Shown in pieces: positions 41,825-53,093 of a DNA stretch of 64,000 nt; positions within the stretch are counted from its first letter, which is position 1, and every line of letters starts with the position of its first letter. Both the position numbers and the translations under genes were made by a program. The notes beneath the pieces were generated by a model that saw only the letters and a list, made by a program, of their open reading frames with translations, did no database searches and was not told the DNA's origin. Source of the stretch: an uncultured bacterium (GTDB lineage: Bacteria; Desulfobacterota; Binatia; HRBIN30; CADEER01); NCBI GenBank assembly GCA_965651925.1, contig CBFGUK010000004.1:5047-69046 (forward strand). The letters run 5' to 3'.

Positions 41825-42888
41825 GGCGCGTCCCACTGCAGGGCGCTGAGCGAGCAGCCGCGGGCCTCGGCACCGGGGGCGCGACCGAGGAGCTGAAAGC
41901 CGTCCTGGTCCGCGACGCCGAGGTCTTCGGACAGCACGGCGACGGCGCTGCCGGCGTTCGCGAGGTCGACGTGGCACAGCAGGCCCGGTGTGCCGGGCGG
42001 CACCGGCGCGAGCGTTGCGGGATCGAGGATCCGTACGCGCGCCCAGTGCGGGCCGCGCTTGCGACGCGGGGCATGGCGGCCGGCGACGCGGTCGGCGATG
42101 ACGCTGTCGTAGTACTGGCTCGACAGCTCCGCCATGCCGTACTCGTTGACGACGAAGTAGCCGGGGATGGCGAACGCGTTCCACACCGCGTGCAGCAGTC
42201 CCCGGCGCGACAGCGCCCGCGGGGCGCCCTTGTCGCCGCCGGTATCCATCAGGCGGCTGCCGTGCGGCAGACGCACCGCAATGGCGCGGGCCGCGAGCGC
42301 ATCGAGGGCGCGGATCAGCGCTCCGGTGGTGGTGAGAATGGCGAGCGGACGGCCGTCGCGTTCGCTCGCCGCGAGCGCGGCGATGAACGCCTCGGTATCG
42401 AGCGCATCGACGGCGGCGGCGTAGCGGACATCCGCGCCGTGCGTCTCGATCGCCCAGGCGACCATCTGCGCGAGCGACGACTGCGGCTGCGCACTGGCGG
42501 GCGGAATGAGCGACACGATGCGCATGCGCTCGACATCGGGGAAGAGGAAGCGGCGCAGGCCGGCACGCGCCGACTGATGATACAGACGCAGGTCGGGCAC
42601 GAGGTGGCGCGAGCGCGTCTCGGGGCCGGCGGTCGTGCCGCTCGAGAGGAACGTGCGCTCCGGCGGGCCGCAGGTCAGGGCGGCGTGCTTGAAGGCGACG
42701 ATCGGCACCGGCGGAATCGCGCGCCAGTCGGCGACCGTCGCCGGGGTCGCGCCGCGGCGCTCGGCGTACTCCCGATACGCGGGACAGCAGGCGAACTGAT
42801 GCGCGAACACCGCCAGCGCGAGGTCTTCGAAGCGATCGGCGGCGGGGTCGGCGATGAACGCCAGGACCCGATCGTAGGGCGCGTCCAC
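41821..42888 (-). CDS. LuxE-like acyl-protein synthetase
   Basis: IPPVPIVAFK, FLSSGTT, MDTGGDKG, NEYGMAELSSQ, DLAN, LLGR...EARGCS. Confidence 0.88.
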   Translation of the reverse strand: MDAPYDRVLAFIADPAADRFEDLALAVFAHQFACCPAYREYAERRGATPATVADWRAIPPVPIVAFKHAALTCGPPERTFLSSGTTAGPETRSRHLVPDLRLYHQSARAGLRRFLFPDVERMRIVSLIPPASAQPQSSLAQMVAWAIETHGADVRYAAAVDALDTEAFIAALAASERDGRPLAILTTTGALIRALDALAARAIAVRLPHGSRLMDTGGDKGAPRALSRRGLLHAVWNAFAIPGYFVVNEYGMAELSSQYYDSVIADRVAGRHAPRRKRGPHWARVRILDPATLAPVPPGTPGLLCHVDLANAGSAVAVLSEDLGVADQDGFQLLGRAPGAEARGCSLSALQWDAP

Positions 42889-42941
42889 CCGCCGACGGTA
42901 GCCGGTCGCCGGCAGCGATGCCACGCGCCCGCGAGAGCACC

Positions 42942-42970
42942 TTGACACGTTCCATGGTGACAGACAGCAT
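42942..42970 (+). promoter_or_regulatory. Candidate sigma70 promoter
   Basis: TTGACA-17 nt-CAGCAT, 16 nt upstream of ATG 42987. Confidence 0.35.
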
Positions 42971-42986
42971 CTCGAACTGGACGCAG

Positions 42987-44081
42987 ATGATGGAACGCGG
43001 GAACCTGATCGTCATCGTGGTGGTTGTAGCGGCGCTGGCGCTGTTCGGGCTGCGCTTTTTTTCCGGCGGCGCGGGCGATGTCGATCTCGCCAGCCTGAGC
43101 AACGGTGAGCTGGGGCGCCCCGGCGACCCGAACGGCGGATTCGCGGACGGCGACGAACGCGCGCTGCGCGGCGGCGGTCTCGGCGGCCGCGGTGGTGGCG
43201 ACGCCAGCGGCCGTGGACGCGGTGCCTTCGGCGCGAGCGGCACGCGGCTCGGCCCCGGACGCGGCTTCGACAGCGCGCGCGGCGGCAGCGGCGGCGCGGC
43301 GGATCTCGCGCGGGGTGGCGGCAGCCGCGCGGGTGGCGGGGTGGTCGGCGGCGGTGGCGGGTCCGGCTCCCTCGGCTCGGGTGGCTCGGCCGCGATTGCC
43401 GACTCCGAGAGCGGTGGCCGTCTGGCGCAGCGCCGCGACACGCTCGTCGAGTCGCTCGGATCGCGCCAGCCGCTGCGCAGCGACCTGATCAATCAGCCCG
43501 TCCCGGGTGAGAACGTCGCGCTGCAGGTCAACTCGACCGAAGACATCGCCGAGCACGCCGGCTACGCCGAGGGCGAGGTGCGCGACGCCGACAGCGATAC
43601 CGGCATCGAGATCACGGAGAACTCGCGCATCGAGTTCCCCAACGCGGGCAACGCCTCGAAGGAAGGGAACATCTCCTTCACGATCAAGCCGGAGTGGGCC
43701 GGGGGCGATGCGACGAACAACGCGCTCGTGCAGATCCGTCAGGAACACGAGTGGAACAATCGCCTCGAGATCGTGAAGAACGGCGAGTTCCTGCGCGCCA
43801 TCCTCACCGACAACACCGGCAAGGAAGCCGACATCAGCTATCGCATCACCGACTGGCAGCCCGGCCAGGAGTACGAGGTCAACTTCTCGTGGGGCGAGGG
43901 CCGCACCGAGCTGAGCGTCAACAACCAGATCGTCGGCCGCAACGAGTATCCCGGCCAGATCGAGTTCCGCTCCGGCACGCCGATGATCTTCGGCGCCGAC
44001 CACCCGGGCAGCGCCTACGGCAGCGCCCAGGCGACGATCAAGCACTTCACCGTCGGCCAGCAACCCAACTGGACGCAGTGA
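42987..44081 (+). CDS. Membrane-anchored Gly-rich protein with C-terminal beta-sandwich (LamG-like) domain
   Basis: N-terminal TM, long G/S/R linker, GNISFTIKPEW...WQPGQEYEVNFSW...LSVNNQIVG. Confidence 0.7.
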   Translation: MMERGNLIVIVVVVAALALFGLRFFSGGAGDVDLASLSNGELGRPGDPNGGFADGDERALRGGGLGGRGGGDASGRGRGAFGASGTRLGPGRGFDSARGGSGGAADLARGGGSRAGGGVVGGGGGSGSLGSGGSAAIADSESGGRLAQRRDTLVESLGSRQPLRSDLINQPVPGENVALQVNSTEDIAEHAGYAEGEVRDADSDTGIEITENSRIEFPNAGNASKEGNISFTIKPEWAGGDATNNALVQIRQEHEWNNRLEIVKNGEFLRAILTDNTGKEADISYRITDWQPGQEYEVNFSWGEGRTELSVNNQIVGRNEYPGQIEFRSGTPMIFGADHPGSAYGSAQATIKHFTVGQQPNWTQ

Positions 44082-44139
44082 GCGGCACCGGCCGCGCCGC
44101 CGGAGTGCGCCGGTCGGGTTGACCGCCATCCGGACAAAC

Positions 44140-44173
44140 GGCCCGCAGCAGAGTTCTGCTGCGGGCCTTTTTT
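44140..44173 (+). terminator. Rho-independent terminator
   Basis: GGCCCGCAGCAG / CTGCTGCGGGCC stem followed by T6. Confidence 0.85.
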
Positions 44174-44192
44174 CGTCGCTGGCGGAGAGCGG

Positions 44193-44235
44193 AAACACGA
44201 AGGCCCGCCGCCGGAAGTCGGCAGCGGGCCTTCGT
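44193..44235 (-). terminator. Terminator-like hairpin after groEL
   Basis: ACGAAGGCCCGC / GCGGGCCTTCGT stem. Confidence 0.75.
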
Positions 44236-44260
44236 TTGTGTCAGGTGCGGGTGGTGCGGC

Positions 44261-46227
<1,967 letters not shown>

Positions 46228-46368
46228 TCCCTCTCTCTCCTTTCCTTCTCCGAGTGGTGTGGTGATTGTGGCTGGCGGATCGGTGGTGCGCGCAACGAGG
46301 ACGACCCCCCGACCGTAAACGGCCGCGGCGTAGGTAGACACGGCCGGATCGCTGTCAACCCGGACGGG

Positions 46369-46644
46369 TCAACTTTTCTGCTTGCGATGCTCCTCGTCCA
46401 TGTAGCGCTGGTAGAGGATGTCCCATTCGCGGCTGCCAGGCGGAACCTTGCGCGACAGGGACGCGATCTTGCGCCGGACGATCTCGTCGAGACGGGCCTC
46501 GGCTTCGCGCTGCCCCTCGAGCGCGCGCTTGATCTCCTGCAGCGCGAGGCGCTCGTTGGCGACGTCGGCCAGACCCTCGGCGCGCAGGACCGCGAGGATC
46601 CGGTGCGCCAGGTAGGACAGGCGGCCTTCGCTGAAGCGGATCAC
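46369..46644 (-). CDS. DUF507-family protein
   Basis: RFSEGRLSYLAH...SLSRKVPPGSREWDILY. Confidence 0.8.
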   Translation of the reverse strand: MIRFSEGRLSYLAHRILAVLRAEGLADVANERLALQEIKRALEGQREAEARLDEIVRRKIASLSRKVPPGSREWDILYQRYMDEEHRKQKS

Positions 46645-46916
46645 AGGATAAAACCCCGTTCCTTGGCGAGGCGGACCTTGATGCCTTCGATCAACTTGCG
46701 CTGATCCATCCCCAGCGCCTGACGACCGAGCTTCGTGGCGGCACGCTCGGCCTCCTCCTCGAGCTCCTGCTCGGCGCGCAGGTTCTCGATGAGCAGGCGC
46801 GCGACGCGCTCGACGAGCTGCTTCTCGGGCACTTTGGGGACGACGAACCCCGGCGCGGCGATGGCACGGACCACCTGATCCGCCAACCGGTTGATCGCCG
46901 CCTCGGGAATCCGCAT
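46641..46916 (-). CDS. DUF507-family protein
   Basis: MRIPEAAINRLA...EQELEEEA...LAKERGFIL. Confidence 0.8.
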   Translation of the reverse strand: MRIPEAAINRLADQVVRAIAAPGFVVPKVPEKQLVERVARLLIENLRAEQELEEEAERAATKLGRQALGMDQRKLIEGIKVRLAKERGFIL

Positions 46917-46958
46917 CCGAGTTGCATAGCGCGCCCGCCCCGGCCGGGTAAACCACCC

Positions 46959-47103
46959 TCCCGGAGGCCTGGCGAAGACGAGCGGTCCCCAGACGGGGGA
47001 GGACACACGGTCGAAACTCAGTCCGGTGAGTGAGTCGACTCGAAGTCCTCCAGCCCTCGGTGGCCATTCGGGGACCGATCCCGGCAGCGGCTGACGGCCG
47101 GGA
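46959..47103. ncRNA. Putative structured RNA (rod with internal loops)
   Basis: Nested complementary pairs CGGTCCCC/GGGGACCG, GGAGGAC/GTCCTCC, GTCGA/TCGAC, CTCA/TGAG and TCCCGG/CCGGGA; family not identified. Confidence 0.35.
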
Positions 47104-47141
47104 CGCTCCACCTTTTGTCCCATTCGTGTCACGGTGCGGGC

Positions 47142-48641
47142 GTGCCGCTCCTCGATGCGCTGCTGCAGCTCGATCGATCCGCGCTGGCCCTCGGCGCCGC
47201 CGCCGGGGTGCTGTTCGGGACGCTGTTCGGCTGGCTGATCGCGCGAGCGCGTGCCGTGCGCCTGCTGGCCGATGCCGCGGCACGCTGCAGCGAGGTGGAG
47301 GCACGGCTCGACGAGCGCGCCGGGCGGGCGGCGCAACTCGAGGCGGAACGCGATCGCGCGCTGACCGAGGCGGCGGCGCTGCGTGACCAGGTCACCGAGC
47401 TGCGCACCGCGCAGGCGCGGCTCGTCGCCCAGGCGGAAGGCGAGCGCCGCGCCGCCGCCGACAAGCTCGCGCTGCTGCAGGCGACCGAGGCGAAGCTGCG
47501 CGAGGCGTTTACGTCACTCTCCGCCGATGCCCTGCGCGCCAACAGCCAGTCGTTCCTCGAGCTCGCGAAGACCTCGATGGGCGAGTTCCAGAAGGGCGCG
47601 ACGAACGAGCTCGAGACGCGACAGAAGGCGATCGCCGACCTCGTGCAGCCGATCCGCGAGTCGCTCGTCCAGGTCGGGGCCAAGCTCGAGGAAGTCGAGA
47701 AGCAGCGCATCGGACACTATGCGACGCTCGGCCAGCAGGTCGAGTCGCTGGCGCAGATGCAGCTGCGGCTGCAGGCGGAGACCGGCAATCTCGTCAAGGC
47801 GCTGCGCGCGCCGGCGGTGCGCGGACGCTGGGGCGAAATCCAGCTGCGGCGGGTCGTCGAGCTCGCCGGCATGCTCGCGTACTGCGATTTCGACGAGCAG
47901 CGCGTCACCGCCACCGACGACGGGGTGGTGCGGCCGGACGTGATCGTCCGTCTGCCGGGCGGCAAGCAGGTGGTCATCGACGCCAAGGCGCCGCTCGGTG
48001 CCTACCTCGAGGCGCTCGAGGCGAACGACGAGGCGCACCGCGCCGAGCACCTGCGCGCCCATGCCCGCCAGGTGCGCACGCACATGCAGAAACTCAGCGA
48101 GAAGGCGTACCAGAAGCAGTTCGCCGCGACGCCCGAGTTCGTCGTCATGTTCCTGCCCGGCGAGACGTTCTTCAGCGCCGCACTGCAGCATGATCCGCAG
48201 CTGATCGAGTTCGGCGTCGACCAGCGCGTGATTCCCGCCAGCCCGACCACGCTGATCGCGCTGCTGCGCGCCGTCGCCTACGGCTGGCGGCAGGAGCAGC
48301 TCGCCGAGAATGCCCAGCAGATCAGCAAGCTCGGCGGCGACCTGCACGACCGCCTGCGCGTGTTCGGCGAGCACCTTGAAACGATGGGGCGCGAGCTCGA
48401 CGCCGCAGTGCGTGCCTACAACCGCGCCGTCGGATCGCTCGAGTCGCGCGTGCTGGTCAGCGCCCGCAAGCTGAAGGATCTCGGCGCCGGCTCGAGCGAG
48501 GACATCCCGGCGCTCGACGTCGTCGAACGCGTGCCGCGGCAGATCACCGTGTCGCCGGCCGGCGCCGCGCCGCCCGATGCCGCGGCGGCGGAGGGTGGTG
48601 CGGACGCGGCGGGGGTTCCGAGGGTGGGGGTTCGGGGTTAG
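47142..48641 (+). CDS. rmuC: DNA recombination protein RmuC
   Basis: TM plus coiled coil; [38 protein letters not shown]. Confidence 0.93.
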   Translation: MPLLDALLQLDRSALALGAAAGVLFGTLFGWLIARARAVRLLADAAARCSEVEARLDERAGRAAQLEAERDRALTEAAALRDQVTELRTAQARLVAQAEGERRAAADKLALLQATEAKLREAFTSLSADALRANSQSFLELAKTSMGEFQKGATNELETRQKAIADLVQPIRESLVQVGAKLEEVEKQRIGHYATLGQQVESLAQMQLRLQAETGNLVKALRAPAVRGRWGEIQLRRVVELAGMLAYCDFDEQRVTATDDGVVRPDVIVRLPGGKQVVIDAKAPLGAYLEALEANDEAHRAEHLRAHARQVRTHMQKLSEKAYQKQFAATPEFVVMFLPGETFFSAALQHDPQLIEFGVDQRVIPASPTTLIALLRAVAYGWRQEQLAENAQQISKLGGDLHDRLRVFGEHLETMGRELDAAVRAYNRAVGSLESRVLVSARKLKDLGAGSSEDIPALDVVERVPRQITVSPAGAAPPDAAAAEGGADAAGVPRVGVRG

Positions 48642-48647
48642 GGGTCG
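48611..48647 (+). repeat. 7-nt-periodic GGGGT repeat (G-quadruplex-capable)
   Basis: GGGT GGGGGTTC GGGGTTA GGGGTCG. Confidence 0.5.
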
Positions 48648-48683
48648 GCGCGTCGGTTGCCAACCGAATCGCGTCTTGCGCCC

Positions 48684-50993
48684 ATGCGGGCCTTCATCCT
48701 CACGCCGACCTACCGCATCCGCGACGGGGTGCCGGAAGTCCACCTGCACTGCGTGCTCGAGAACGGCCGGCCGGCCCTGATCGTCGACGACCGCGTGCGG
48801 CCGTACTTCTTCGTGCGCGCCACCGACGCTGCGCGCGCCGCGGCGCTGGCTCCGGCGCTGCGCGTCGAGGCGACGGCGCTGCGCACGTTTGCCGGCGAGC
48901 CGGTGGCGCGGGCCTCGGCGAACCTGCCCGGCGACGTGCCGGGCCTGCGGGCGCGCCTCGAGGCGGTGGGCATCACCTGCTTCGAGGCCGACCTGCGCTT
49001 CGCTTCCCGCTACCTCATCGATCACGGCATCCGCGGCGGGCTGCGGCTGGCGGGGCATGGCGAACCGCACGGGCGCGCCGGCCTGCTGTTCCGCAACCCG
49101 CGGCTCGAGCCGTGCCGGTGGACGCCGACCCTGCGCGTGCTGTCGATCGACATCGAAACCGATCCGCACGCCGACCAGATCCTGTCGGTCGCGCTGCACA
49201 CGCCGGAATTCAGCCGCGTGCTGATCGTGCATCACGAGGTGTTTCCGCATGCCGAGCCGGTGCATTCCGAGCGCGAGCTGCTGCACCGCTTCCTCGCCTA
49301 CGTCGACGAGCTCGATCCCGACATTATCACCGGCTGGAACGTCGCCGCATTCGATCTCGCGATGCTGGCGCGCCGCGCCCACCACTACAGCATCCCGTTC
49401 ACGATCGGCCGCACCGACGAGCCGTTCGCGCTGCGCCGCGAGCTCTCGTACACCCGCGAAGCGCGCGCCATCGTCGCCGGACGCCTCGTCCTCGACGGTC
49501 CGTCGCTGCTGCGCGGCGCCTTCGTGCGCCTGCCCGACTACCGGCTCGAGACCGCCGCGCAGGCGCTGCTCGGCCGCGGCAAGCTGATCGGCGGCACGCA
49601 CCGGCTCGACGCCATCCTGCGCGCCTACCGCGAGGATCCCGCGCATTTCGTCGCCTACAACCTCGAAGACGCGCGGCTGGTCAGCGAGCTGCTCGAGCGC
49701 ACGGGGCTCATCGCCCTCGCCGTCGAACGCAGCCTTCTCACCGGCATGCCGCTCGACCGCGTCAGCGCCGCGATCGCCTCGGTCGACGCACTCTACCTCG
49801 GCGCGCTGCGCGCCCGCGGCCACGTCGCGCCGTCGGTCGAGCCGTTCGACCGCGACGTCCACCTCACCGGCGGCTACGTCATGGATTCGCGGCCGGGGCT
49901 CTACCGCAACGTGCTCGTCTTCGACTTCAAGAGCCTGTACCCGAGCATCATTTGCACCTTCAATCTCGACCCCCTCTCGCTGCTGCCCGACGCGGCGGAC
50001 GATGCCGATGCGCTCGTCGCGCCCAACGGCGCGCGCTTCCGCCGCGCGCCGCGCGGCATCCTGCCCGAGCTCGTCGAGCGGCTCGGCGCCGAGCGCGAGC
50101 AGGCAAAACGCGACGGCCACGCGGTGAAGGCCAACGCCATCAAGATCCTGATGAACTCGCTCTACGGCGTGCTCGGGGCCGGGGCGTCGCGCCTGTTCTC
50201 CCCCGCGGTGTCGAACGCCATCACCCACTTCGGACAACTGCTCATCCGCGCGGCGGCCGAACTGGCGCGCGCCGCGGGCTACCGGGTCATCTATGGCGAC
50301 ACCGACTCGCTGTTCGTCGACGCGGGGACCGCCGATCCGAGCGCGGCCCTGGCGCGCGCCGCGACGTTGCGCGCGACGATCGGGGACGGCATCACGCGCC
50401 TCGTGCACGACGAGTTCGGCTGTGACAGCGTGCTCGATCTGGAGTTCGAGAAGCTCTACCTGCGCTTCTTCCTGCCCGAGGTGCGCAGCGGCGCGGCGGG
50501 AAGCAAGAAGCGGTACGCCGGGTTGCTGCGCGATGAGGCCCACGGCGAGTACATCGAGTTCGTCGGCCTCGAATCCGTGCGTCGCGACTGGAGCGAGGTG
50601 AGCAAGCGCTTCCAGCTCGGCCTGCTCGAGCGCGTCTTCCGCGACGAGCCGGTGGCCGACTTCGTGCGGGACTTCGTCGCCGACCTGCGCGCCGGCCGCC
50701 ACGACGATGCGCTCGTCTACCGCAAGGCGGTGCGCAAGGAGCTCGCCGCGTACACGCGTACGACACCGCCGCACGTCCGCGCCGCCCGCCGCCTCGGCGA
50801 GCACGCGGGGCGCATCGTCGCCTACACGATCACGCGCAATGGTCCCGAGCCGGCCGGGGAGGAAACCGCGCCGCCGGACTACACCCACTACGTCGAGCAT
50901 CAGCTCCGGCCGGTCGGAGACGCGATCCTGCGCTTCCTCGGCACGGATTTCGACACGCTCACCGGCGCGCAGCGACAGCTGTCGCTGTTCTGA
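48684..50993 (+). CDS. polB: DNA polymerase II (family B)
   Basis: SIDIET, DFKSLYPSII, KILMNSLYG, YGDTDS, KKRYAG, C-terminal QLSLF. Confidence 0.95.
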   Translation: MRAFILTPTYRIRDGVPEVHLHCVLENGRPALIVDDRVRPYFFVRATDAARAAALAPALRVEATALRTFAGEPVARASANLPGDVPGLRARLEAVGITCFEADLRFASRYLIDHGIRGGLRLAGHGEPHGRAGLLFRNPRLEPCRWTPTLRVLSIDIETDPHADQILSVALHTPEFSRVLIVHHEVFPHAEPVHSERELLHRFLAYVDELDPDIITGWNVAAFDLAMLARRAHHYSIPFTIGRTDEPFALRRELSYTREARAIVAGRLVLDGPSLLRGAFVRLPDYRLETAAQALLGRGKLIGGTHRLDAILRAYREDPAHFVAYNLEDARLVSELLERTGLIALAVERSLLTGMPLDRVSAAIASVDALYLGALRARGHVAPSVEPFDRDVHLTGGYVMDSRPGLYRNVLVFDFKSLYPSIICTFNLDPLSLLPDAADDADALVAPNGARFRRAPRGILPELVERLGAEREQAKRDGHAVKANAIKILMNSLYGVLGAGASRLFSPAVSNAITHFGQLLIRAAAELARAAGYRVIYGDTDSLFVDAGTADPSAALARAATLRATIGDGITRLVHDEFGCDSVLDLEFEKLYLRFFLPEVRSGAAGSKKRYAGLLRDEAHGEYIEFVGLESVRRDWSEVSKRFQLGLLERVFRDEPVADFVRDFVADLRAGRHDDALVYRKAVRKELAAYTRTTPPHVRAARRLGEHAGRIVAYTITRNGPEPAGEETAPPDYTHYVEHQLRPVGDAILRFLGTDFDTLTGAQRQLSLF

Positions 50994-50999
50994 GGACAG

Positions 51000-51473
51000 A
51001 TGATGAATGCCCCAACCGCTCGTCGCACCCGATTCGCCGCGCTCGTCGCAGGCACCATGCTGCTGCTGCCGGCGTGTGCCGCCCGCGAGCCGCAGCTCCT
51101 GACGCCCGGGCCGCCCACCATCACCGCGGCGGCCGCCACGACGAAGCCGTTGCGTCCCGGCGAGAGCATCCGGCCGCTCGAGCTGCGCCGCTCCGACAGC
51201 GCCAGCATCTCGCTTATCCGCATCCGCGACCGCGAATCGCCGCACATGCACACCCGCTACGATCTCACCGTCGTGCTGGTCGAGGGCACCGGGACGTTGT
51301 GGCTCGACGGCGCTCCGCTGCCGATGCGGATCGGCGACGTCGCGTTCATCCCGCGCGGCGTGCCGCACTGGTTCGTCAACGAATCGAGCGCGCCCGCCGC
51401 CGCCCTGGTGACGTTCGCTCCCGCCTACACGGGTCCCGATCAGGTGCCCGCCGGCCTCGGCATGGCGCGCTGA
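51000..51473 (+). CDS. Cupin-domain lipoprotein
   Basis: Lipobox LLPAC; PHMH...GDVAFIPRGVPHW. Confidence 0.8.
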   Translation: MMNAPTARRTRFAALVAGTMLLLPACAAREPQLLTPGPPTITAAAATTKPLRPGESIRPLELRRSDSASISLIRIRDRESPHMHTRYDLTVVLVEGTGTLWLDGAPLPMRIGDVAFIPRGVPHWFVNESSAPAAALVTFAPAYTGPDQVPAGLGMAR

Positions 51474-51482
51474 GCTCGGCGG

Positions 51483-51607
51483 AAGCGCAAAGCGGAAAGC
51501 GAGAAGCGGAAAGCGGGAAGCAGGGAAGGCGGAAGAGCGAAGAGGAGCGCTCCTTGGTGAAAGGCGCGCCTTCTTTCCGCTTTTACCTTTCCGCTTTCCG
51601 CTCCGCT
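51483..51607. repeat. Inverted 7-nt-periodic repeat element (AAGCG / TTTCCGC arms)
   Basis: AAGCG at 51483, 51490, 51497, 51504, 51511 and AAGCA at 51518; TTTCCGC TTTTACC TTTCCGC TTTCCGC from 51574. Confidence 0.8.
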
Positions 51608-51650
51608 CCGCCTGTAGCGATCCGCCGGGATCTGTGGCCTTCTCCAGGCC

Positions 51651-52307
51651 ATGGCGATCAACATCACGCGCGTGTACACGCGCACCGGCGATCAGGGGAC
51701 GACTGCGCTCGTCGGCGGCGCGCGGGTGACGAAGGATGCGCGGCGCGTCGAGTGCTACGGCGCCATCGACGAGCTCAACGCGATTCTCGGCATCGCGCGC
51801 AGCGGCAATCGGCAGAGCCCGGCCGGCCCGGCGCGCGAGCGCCTCGAAGAGATCCTGCGCGCACTGCAGAACGAGCTGTTCGATCTCGGCAGCGAGCTCG
51901 CGACGCCGCCCGAGGCCGAGTACGAGGGCATGTTCAAGGTCGGCGCCGCCGACGTGCAGGCGCTCGAGACGCTCATGGACGAGTGCCAGCATGACCTCGA
52001 GCCGCTGCAGTCGTTCGTGCTGCCCGGCGGCGGCATGGTCAGCGCCATGCTGCACCAGGCGCGCACCGTCTGCCGGCGTGCGGAACGCGAGATCATCCGG
52101 CTCGCCCGCGAGGAGCCGATCGGCGAGTTCGTCGTGCCGTACGTCAATCGCCTGAGCGACCTGCTGTTCGTGCTCTCCCGCTGGGTCAGCCGGCAGTACG
52201 GCGAACCCGAGTTCCTCTGGGAACGCGGTCTGCGCAATCGCACGCGCCCCGCCGCCGCGGGACGCAAGCCCGTCCGGCGCGCGCCCGCCGCCCCGCGCCG
52301 CCGCTGA
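51651..52307 (+). CDS. PduO-type ATP:cob(I)alamin adenosyltransferase
   Basis: VYTRTGDQGTT, YGAIDELN, LFDLGSELA, RTVCRRAER, NRLSDLLF. Confidence 0.93.
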   Translation: MAINITRVYTRTGDQGTTALVGGARVTKDARRVECYGAIDELNAILGIARSGNRQSPAGPARERLEEILRALQNELFDLGSELATPPEAEYEGMFKVGAADVQALETLMDECQHDLEPLQSFVLPGGGMVSAMLHQARTVCRRAEREIIRLAREEPIGEFVVPYVNRLSDLLFVLSRWVSRQYGEPEFLWERGLRNRTRPAAAGRKPVRRAPAAPRRR

Positions 52308-52311
52308 GGAG

Positions 52312-52995
52312 GTGACGATGGCGCTCTATCTCAAGCAGCTCCCGCTCGGACCGATGCAGAACTTCGTCTACCTCATCGGCGACACGACGACGCGCCGCGC
52401 CGTGGTGGTCGATCCCGCATGGGACATCGACGCGATCGAACGCACGCTCGCCGCCGACGACATGACGCTCGAGGCGGCACTGATCACGCACTTCCATCCC
52501 GACCACCTCGGCGGCGATCTGATGGGGCACCACATCCCCGGCGCGGTCGAGCTGCTGGCGCGCGGGGCGAAGATCAAGGTGCACGTGCACAAGGACGAAG
52601 CCGAGTACGTGCCGCGCGTCTGCGGCTTGTCGCGCAGCGATCTCGTGCTCACCGAAAGCGGCGACGACCTCACCGTCGGTACGCATCGCATCCGCTTCCT
52701 GCACACTCCCGGGCACACACCCGGCTCGCAGTGCTTTCTCGTCGACAACAATCTCGTCTCGGGCGACACGCTGTTCATCGGTGGCTGCGGCCGCGTCGAC
52801 CTGCCGGGCAGTGATCCGGCGCAGATGTACGACAGCCTCGTCAACAAGCTGCGCGCCCTGCCCGACGAGACCGTGCTCTATCCCGGCCACGACTACGCCG
52901 CACGCCCGTCGTCGACGATGGGCGAGGAGAAGCGGCGCAATCTCTACCTGCGCTTCGAACGCCTCGAGGACTTCCTCGGGAGGATGGGATACTGA
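52312..52995 (+). CDS. Metallo-beta-lactamase-fold hydrolase (glyoxalase II-like)
   Basis: THFHPDH, HTPGHTPGS, GDTLF, YPGHDY. Confidence 0.9.
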   Translation: MTMALYLKQLPLGPMQNFVYLIGDTTTRRAVVVDPAWDIDAIERTLAADDMTLEAALITHFHPDHLGGDLMGHHIPGAVELLARGAKIKVHVHKDEAEYVPRVCGLSRSDLVLTESGDDLTVGTHRIRFLHTPGHTPGSQCFLVDNNLVSGDTLFIGGCGRVDLPGSDPAQMYDSLVNKLRALPDETVLYPGHDYAARPSSTMGEEKRRNLYLRFERLEDFLGRMGY

Positions 52996-53093
52996 CCCGC
53001 GCCTCTCTGCCCGAGGTGCGCGCTCTCCCGTCGGAAGCTGCCCTCACCCGAAGCGCGCGGCGTGCTAGGGTGTTCTCGCGATCGCTCGACGCC

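Noticed and set aside
46228-46368. CIRCE operator or clear promoter upstream of groES
   Set aside because: No TTAGCACTC-N9-GAGTGCTAA. A TTGACA is present on the minus strand, but no convincing -10 lies at 17 nt.
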